Positions 58,983 through 64,000 of a stretch of DNA of 64,000 nt are shown in pieces (the first letter of the stretch is position 1; each line of letters starts with the position of its first letter). Origin of the DNA: Candidatus Latescibacterota bacterium. Its GTDB lineage: Bacteria; Latescibacterota; UBA2968; UBA8231. The notes beneath the pieces were generated by a model. The model was given only the letters and a program-made list of their open reading frames with translations. It was not told the DNA's origin and did not search any database. Position numbers and translations under genes: made by a program. The stretch spans positions 4,288,001 through 4,352,000 of the forward strand of contig OZ253462.1 in the NCBI GenBank assembly GCA_965261395.1, read 5' to 3'.

Positions 58983-60344
58983 CTACGTCTGGATAGCGGC
59001 CTCTAACGCCGCTTGTCGCATGGCCGCGCGTTCGGCCGGATCGCTCCAGCGCTGGACGATCATCGGGTCGAGCGCATCTAAGGGGTCGTAATAAAAGAAG
59101 AACTCGCCGGGCCGCACGGCTGGGCTGGTAAATACGGCGATGCCCGTCTGGCGATCATAGTGTTCGTAGGAGTGGACATCGCGTTTCCCACCGCCCCCCA
59201 TAGTGTCGAGCACAAAGGCCGGCGTATTGAACCCAGCGGTCCGCCCCCGAACCGACTTCTCCAAGTCGATCGCCGTCGCTAAGGTCGTGCGTAGCTCTTC
59301 GACCCCGCGAACCATATCGTGGACAAAGGTGTAATACGGATGCACGTTGAGATAGCTGAGCCGCCGCACGAGATTATGCATGGTGTCGACGTCGTCGTTG
59401 ACGTCCTTTTGCAAGACGGTTTGGTTGCGCACGCAGATGCCGCGCTCCATCAATTCGTCGAGTGCGTGGCCGCTGATGGCCGTGATTTCGCGCGGGTGGT
59501 TGAAATGCGTGTGCAGCGCGACTTCCTTGTGAACCTTGCGCCCCGCTTCGACAACTCGTGTAAGGGCATCGACCCACTCTCGGTCTGTAACGAGTTTCTG
59601 CGGCATAATCGCCGGAGCCTTCGTCGCGTAGCGCATCCGCCGCACATGCTCAATGTTGAGCAAGCGAGTGCCGATGTATTCGATGTGTTCGGCCTTGAGG
59701 TTGGCCACATCGCCGCCGCTGATGACGATGTCTTCTAACTCGGGTCGCGAAGAGACATAGGCAAAGACCCGCTCCCACCGCTGGACAACGGCCCCAAAAT
59801 GCACTTTTTCCACATCCTCGGTATCCAACCCCACCGCATAGGAGCGGGTACAGAAACGACAGTACACCGGACAGGTATCGAGCGTCAAAAACAGCGCCCG
59901 GTCGGCGTAGCGATGAGTCAGGCCCGGCACGGGGGAATCCACTTGCTCGTGCAGCGAATCTAAGGCGAGTTCCGGGTGATCGGGCCGCATCCGCGACCCC
60001 ATGGGCAGAAACTGAATGCGTAGGGGATCCGTAGCTGGCTCCGACCAGTCGATCAAACTCAGCAGGTACGGGGAAATCCGCAGACTCATCGGCGAACGCA
60101 AAAGTCCCTGCTCGACGTCTCGATAAAACGCCTCTGAAACGAGGCTACCAAGCACTTCCTGCAGCTTCTTTAAGCTCGTCACGCTATTGCGGCTCTGAAA
60201 GCGGTGCTCGTGGAACTCATCCGCACGCAAATCGGCATAGGCGGGAATAGCGCGCCAATAGTCGTCGTCGCGCAAGTCCCGGTGGGAGGTATCAATTACC
60301 GCGCTGGTAGGCGGCGTCAGCACCTGCTCTTGAATCTCAGACAT
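58983..60344 (-). CDS. KamA-family radical SAM aminomutase
   Basis: HRY, CPVYCRFC, ISGGD, HFNHP, GGGGK (PLP lysine). Confidence 0.9.
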   Translation of the reverse strand: MSEIQEQVLTPPTSAVIDTSHRDLRDDDYWRAIPAYADLRADEFHEHRFQSRNSVTSLKKLQEVLGSLVSEAFYRDVEQGLLRSPMSLRISPYLLSLIDWSEPATDPLRIQFLPMGSRMRPDHPELALDSLHEQVDSPVPGLTHRYADRALFLTLDTCPVYCRFCTRSYAVGLDTEDVEKVHFGAVVQRWERVFAYVSSRPELEDIVISGGDVANLKAEHIEYIGTRLLNIEHVRRMRYATKAPAIMPQKLVTDREWVDALTRVVEAGRKVHKEVALHTHFNHPREITAISGHALDELMERGICVRNQTVLQKDVNDDVDTMHNLVRRLSYLNVHPYYTFVHDMVRGVEELRTTLATAIDLEKSVRGRTAGFNTPAFVLDTMGGGGKRDVHSYEHYDRQTGIAVFTSPAVRPGEFFFYYDPLDALDPMIVQRWSDPAERAAMRQAALEAAIQT

Positions 60345-60363
60345 GGGTCCGTCCCGTACTGCT

Positions 60364-60990
60364 TTAATTTTTTTTCATTAAATTGAAAAATTCTTCGCGT
60401 ACTATCGGCTCGGCAAAACGGCCCCGTAGCGCCGAAGTGGTCGTCACCGCCCCAGGCCTTTCCACTCCCCGCATCTCCATGCACAAATGTCGAGCCTCCA
60501 TTACGACGATGGATCCTTTGGGTGCCAGCTTGGCTTCAAGGAAGTCCACGATTTGCTGGGTGAGACGTTCTTGAAGCTGGGGCCGGCGGGAATAGAACTC
60601 GACAATGCGCGCGATCTTGCTCAGACCAACGATGGTTTCCCCAGGTATATAGGCTACATGTGCCTTGCCGAAAAACGGGATCATGTGGTGGGAACAAACC
60701 GAAAAGAACTCAATGTTCTTGACGATCACCATGTTGTCGTAGCCATCGCTATTGGGAAAGCAGGTAATCTCCGGTTCGCCTTGGTCGTCCAGTTCCCGAA
60801 AGATCTCCATGTACATCCGCCCGACGCGGTCGGGGGTGCCTCGCAAGTGCGGATTGCTCAAGTCGAGCCCCAAAACCTGCATGATCTGGGCGAAGTGGCC
60901 GGCTATTTCGGCGGCCTTGGCCTTGTTCTGGCCCTGGAGCCAACTCGGAGTATCTCGCTCGCTAAGCGACTCTGCCGGCACATCTTCCAT
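60364..60990 (-). CDS. folE: GTP cyclohydrolase I
   Basis: TPDRV, CSHH, GLSK, RPQLQERLT, HLCMEMRG. Confidence 0.96.
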   Translation of the reverse strand: MEDVPAESLSERDTPSWLQGQNKAKAAEIAGHFAQIMQVLGLDLSNPHLRGTPDRVGRMYMEIFRELDDQGEPEITCFPNSDGYDNMVIVKNIEFFSVCSHHMIPFFGKAHVAYIPGETIVGLSKIARIVEFYSRRPQLQERLTQQIVDFLEAKLAPKGSIVVMEARHLCMEMRGVERPGAVTTTSALRGRFAEPIVREEFFNLMKKN

Positions 60991-61020
60991 TGCGTACTTT
61001 CCTTTGCGGGCACTATAAAC

Positions 61021-61053
61021 AGTGGGGCAAAGCCGTTTGTGCCTTGCCCCACT
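61021..61053 (-). terminator. Hairpin between the peroxiredoxin gene and folE
   Basis: 10-bp inverted repeat agtggggcaa/ttgccccact, followed by gtttat on the minus strand. Confidence 0.45.
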
Positions 61054-61074
61054 CTACTGCGAAAACGAAGTGCT

Positions 61075-61542
61075 TCAGTTGAGCGATTGCAAACAAGCCC
61101 TAATGGCCGCAAAATCTGGCAGGACCTTGGGGGTGTCAGATACCCAAGCGTAGCGGACGACACCTTGCCCATCGACGACAAAGGCCGAGCGCTTGGCAAC
61201 GCCTTTGAAGCCCAACAGGTCTTCGTGCTGGGCACCGTATGCGGCGGAGACCTCCTTGTTGAAATCGCTGAGTAGCGGAATCTCAATGCCTTCCTTTTCG
61301 GCCCAGGCGCTGAGGCTAAACGGGCTATCGACGCTGATTCCCAAAACCTGGGCATCGAGATCCTGGTACGCATTGATCCCGGCGGAAATCTCGCAAAGCT
61401 CCTGCGTACAGACACCGGTGAAGGCCAGCGGCACGAAGAGCAAGACGACGTTTTTACCGGCGAAATCTCCAAGGCTTACGTCCTCCATGTCCGCATTCTT
61501 GAGAGCGAACGCAGGCGCGTTGTCTCCTACTTGGATCGCCAT
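61075..61542 (-). CDS. Peroxiredoxin (AhpE-like)
   Basis: PLAFTGVCTQE, GISVD, LLSDF. Confidence 0.92.
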   Translation of the reverse strand: MAIQVGDNAPAFALKNADMEDVSLGDFAGKNVVLLFVPLAFTGVCTQELCEISAGINAYQDLDAQVLGISVDSPFSLSAWAEKEGIEIPLLSDFNKEVSAAYGAQHEDLLGFKGVAKRSAFVVDGQGVVRYAWVSDTPKVLPDFAAIRACLQSLN

Positions 61543-61545
61543 CTG

Positions 61546-62166
61546 CTAACTCCCCATCGCCTCGGCAAAGCGGCGATTGACTTCATTCCAGTTGACGATG
61601 TCGGTCCAGGCTGCGATATAGTCGGGCCGGCGGTTCTGGTAGTTAAGATAATAGGCGTGTTCCCAGACATCGATACCGAGGATGGGAACTCCGTCGCCAG
61701 TCATCAGGGGATTATCCTGATTGGCGGTGCTGAGGAGGTCTAGCTTGCCGTCCTTGACTACGACCCAAGCCCAGCCGCTGCCGAACCGTTTGGTTGCGGC
61801 TTCCACGAAGGCTTGGTGAGCCTCGTCTTGGCTACCGATTGCGGCTTCCACGGCAGCCAGAAATTCAGCCGAAGGCTCGCCGCGTTCCCCTGCTGGAGCC
61901 ATGATCTGCCAAAATAGGCTGTGGTTGGCATGGCCGCCGCCGTGGTTGCGCACCGCCGTGCGGATGCTCTCGGGGACGGCGTCAAGGTCGCTGATGAGGT
62001 CTTCGACGCTTTTAGCGGCCAAGTCATCGTGCCCTTCGAGAGCAGTGTTGAGGCTGGTCACGTAGGTATTGTGGTGCTTGGTGTGGTGAATCTCCATGGT
62101 GCGGGCGTCTATGACAGGCTCTAGCGCGTCATAGGCATAGGGGAGATCGGGAAGAGAGTGGGCCAT
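61546..62166 (-). CDS. sodA: Mn superoxide dismutase
   Basis: [33 protein letters not shown] at 62166. Confidence 0.93.
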   Translation of the reverse strand: MAHSLPDLPYAYDALEPVIDARTMEIHHTKHHNTYVTSLNTALEGHDDLAAKSVEDLISDLDAVPESIRTAVRNHGGGHANHSLFWQIMAPAGERGEPSAEFLAAVEAAIGSQDEAHQAFVEAATKRFGSGWAWVVVKDGKLDLLSTANQDNPLMTGDGVPILGIDVWEHAYYLNYQNRRPDYIAAWTDIVNWNEVNRRFAEAMGS

Positions 62167-62210
62167 GGTCAATCCTTTCGGCTTGAGGTTAAAAGACAAG
62201 CGAGAATGAG

Positions 62211-62588
62211 TTAGGGGGCGGTACTGGCTTGGTAGTTTTTCACTAGGGCCTGGGTCGCGTCAGCGGCCAGTTGGGCGGCGTGGCGCTTCATTGGCGGCAG
62301 CCCCCCTAGCGCCTCCTCAATAGCTGCCGGCTCTAGCTGAGCCGCGTCCACCAATAGCAAGTCTGCCAGCAACTCGGTGAGTACCGAGCCAGCCGCGACC
62401 GAAGGGGCGCAGCCAAAGGTCTTACAACTAGCGCGGATGATGCGACCGTTTTCGACGCGGGCAAAAAGCTGCATCGCATCGCCACAAGCCTGATTTTCAG
62501 CTTGCCCCGAGGCATTGGCGTCACCGATTTGTCCAGCGTTTCGGGGATGCCGGTAGTGATCGAAAACCGCTGCGCTAAAGGAGGTCAT
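62211..62588 (-). CDS. IscU/NifU-N-like scaffold protein
   Basis: [25 protein letters not shown]. Confidence 0.88.
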   Translation of the reverse strand: MTSFSAAVFDHYRHPRNAGQIGDANASGQAENQACGDAMQLFARVENGRIIRASCKTFGCAPSVAAGSVLTELLADLLLVDAAQLEPAAIEEALGGLPPMKRHAAQLAADATQALVKNYQASTAP

Positions 62589-62633
62589 CTACTCGCTTCA
62601 ACAGCTAGTAAAGAGGTCCGAGAAGTGGGTTGT

Positions 62634-62662
62634 ATAATACTTGTGGCCACGGGAGTTGTCAA
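62634..62662 (-). promoter_or_regulatory. Sigma70-type promoter for the iscU-like/sodA/prx genes
   Basis: TTGACA-17 nt-TATTAT on the minus strand. Confidence 0.65.
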
Positions 62663-62712
62663 CCGCATATCCCCCTGAACTGCAATCTATACAATGAGTT
62701 ATAGCCACCACA

Positions 62713-63036
62713 TCAGGCTTGGAGACCACCGGAACCGCCCGGCCCACCAGAACCGCAATCCCGCCAGTAGGTCCGCACCATCTGCAAGATGTCCCAGAGT
62801 ATGGTATCCTTAGCTACTTGATCGATCAACACGTGCAGCCTCGCGGCCTTCTCAGGTTCGATCAGCCCCAGTCCGCTCATCATCGTCAGGTGATGGATCA
62901 AGCCCGTTTGCAACAAAGTGCGATTCATGTCTGAGAGAGGGATACTGCTTTTGTTGGAGAACTCCTCTTCGAGGCCGGCATAGAGTTCGGCCAAGCTGTG
63001 GGAAAGTGTGGTCTCGACTTTGTAAACTTTTTCCAT
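62713..63036 (-). CDS. Hypothetical protein (107 aa)
   Basis: ATG with GAGG RBS; upstream TTGACA-16-TATATT at 63069-63096. Confidence 0.7.
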   Translation of the reverse strand: MEKVYKVETTLSHSLAELYAGLEEEFSNKSSIPLSDMNRTLLQTGLIHHLTMMSGLGLIEPEKAARLHVLIDQVAKDTILWDILQMVRTYWRDCGSGGPGGSGGLQA

Positions 63037-63124
63037 GCGCCTCTCGCCCTTGTGGGAGCCTTGCGGTTAATATACCCGGCGCGTTTCCACTGTCAACAAG
63101 ACTCGGCCCGGAGGACGCGGTTGG

Positions 63125-64000
63125 TCATTTGGCAATGATTTGGTATTTGCGGAGCAAATGTCGAAAGCGATCGTAGGTCAAGCCCAATTGCTGTGCCGCG
63201 TCTTTCTGCTGCCCTCCCACTTTGGCGAGCGCACCGTCGAGCAAGCCCCGCTCGACGCGCGCGACTTGCTCATCGAAACTGCCCCCATCGGGAAGGGCAA
63301 CGCCACTGCCGCCGCGTACTTCCGGGGGCAAGTCCTCCACGACCACTTCATCTCCTTGCGCGACGCAGAGGGCGCGCTCGACGGCGAATTTGAGTTCGCG
63401 CACATTGCCCGGCCAAGTGTAGGTCTCGAGCGCGGCCAAAACGCCTTTGGCGAACGGCCGTCGTTCAATCGCCGGCACTTCGTCGCATAGCTGCTGAGTA
63501 AAGTACTCAACCAAGGGCCGGATGTCCTCGGGCCGCTCCCGCAAGGGCGGTAGCTGGAGCACGCTAAACCGCAGGCGGTCGTAGAGGTCAGCACGAAATT
63601 GCCCGCTAGCTATTTCCCGCTCCAGATCCGCGTTGGTCGCCGCCACGACGCGCACGTCAACGTGGATCGTCTGCGTCCCACCCGTGCGCTCAAATTCTTG
63701 ATATTCTATGACGCGCAATACGTTTTTTTGGAAGTCCAGTGAAGTGTTGCCGATCTCGTCGAGAAAAAGCGTGCCGCCATTGGCGGCTTCAAAGCGGCCG
63801 TGGCGCATTTCGGCCGCGCCCGTAAAGGCCCCTTTCTCGTGGCCGAACAGCTCGCTTTCGAGCAAGGTATCCGATAGCGCCGCGCAGTTCATCTTGACAA
63901 AGGCCCGCTCACGGCGATTGCTCCCGTAGTGCAAGGCGGCGGCGATCAATTCCTTGCCAGTGCCGCGCTCGCCGCAGATCAACACGGGCCGCGGTATGGA
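63125..64000 (-). CDS. Sigma54-dependent activator, PspF-like (5' end outside the window)
   Basis: [37 protein letters not shown]-terminal [18 protein letters not shown]. Confidence 0.9.
   Translation of the reverse strand, partial: SIPRPVLICGERGTGKELIAAALHYGSNRRERAFVKMNCAALSDTLLESELFGHEKGAFTGAAEMRHGRFEAANGGTLFLDEIGNTSLDFQKNVLRVIEYQEFERTGGTQTIHVDVRVVAATNADLEREIASGQFRADLYDRLRFSVLQLPPLRERPEDIRPLVEYFTQQLCDEVPAIERRPFAKGVLAALETYTWPGNVRELKFAVERALCVAQGDEVVVEDLPPEVRGGSGVALPDGGSFDEQVARVERGLLDGALAKVGGQQKDAAQQLGLTYDRFRHLLRKYQIIAK

Noticed and set aside
55339-60990. folE and queD as part of a Dpd 7-deazaguanine DNA-modification defence system
   Set aside because: No dpdA/tgt, queC or queE in the window, and both genes sit among housekeeping genes outside the island.
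1-64000. CRISPR array, cas genes, reverse transcriptase (retron/DGR) or integron attC array
   Set aside because: No regularly spaced repeat-spacer units, RT motifs or attC-like cassette ends were seen; the only tandem repeats are ankyrin-coding.

Overview
GC-rich bacterial chromosome segment. Gene content (FtsH, 2-oxoacid:ferredoxin oxidoreductase, sulfatase, GT-C glycosyltransferases, a discoidin/FlgD-Ig exported protein, an ankyrin protein) suggests a Latescibacterota/Gemmatimonadota-like, possibly sponge-associated organism; this assignment is inference only. Core genes occupy about 1-4.9, 7.8-24, 27.7-35.6 and 50-64 kb. Three accessory regions interrupt them. (i) An islet of four mostly exported proteins at 4.9-7.8 kb, including a VasI/TagO-like plus ankyrin fusion. 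(ii) A solo MmeI-like type IIL R-M gene with a convergent hicBA pair at 24.4-27.6 kb. (iii) A ~14.5 kb variable locus between the msrAB 3' end and tRNA-Asn (35.6-50.1 kb). This locus holds a large exported protein, an IS1341-type tnpB element, a diverged second copy of the msrAB 3' end, a type I R-M operon with frameshifted hsdM, an unannotated HEPN-motif plus PD-(D/E)xK-like gene pair, and pseudogene relics. The best candidates for undescribed biology are that gene pair, the msrAB-end duplication marking cassette accretion, the VasI-ankyrin fusion, a catalytically degenerate UvrA paralog, and a candidate structured RNA at about 34.3 kb. All calls come from motif reading by eye; no searches were run.
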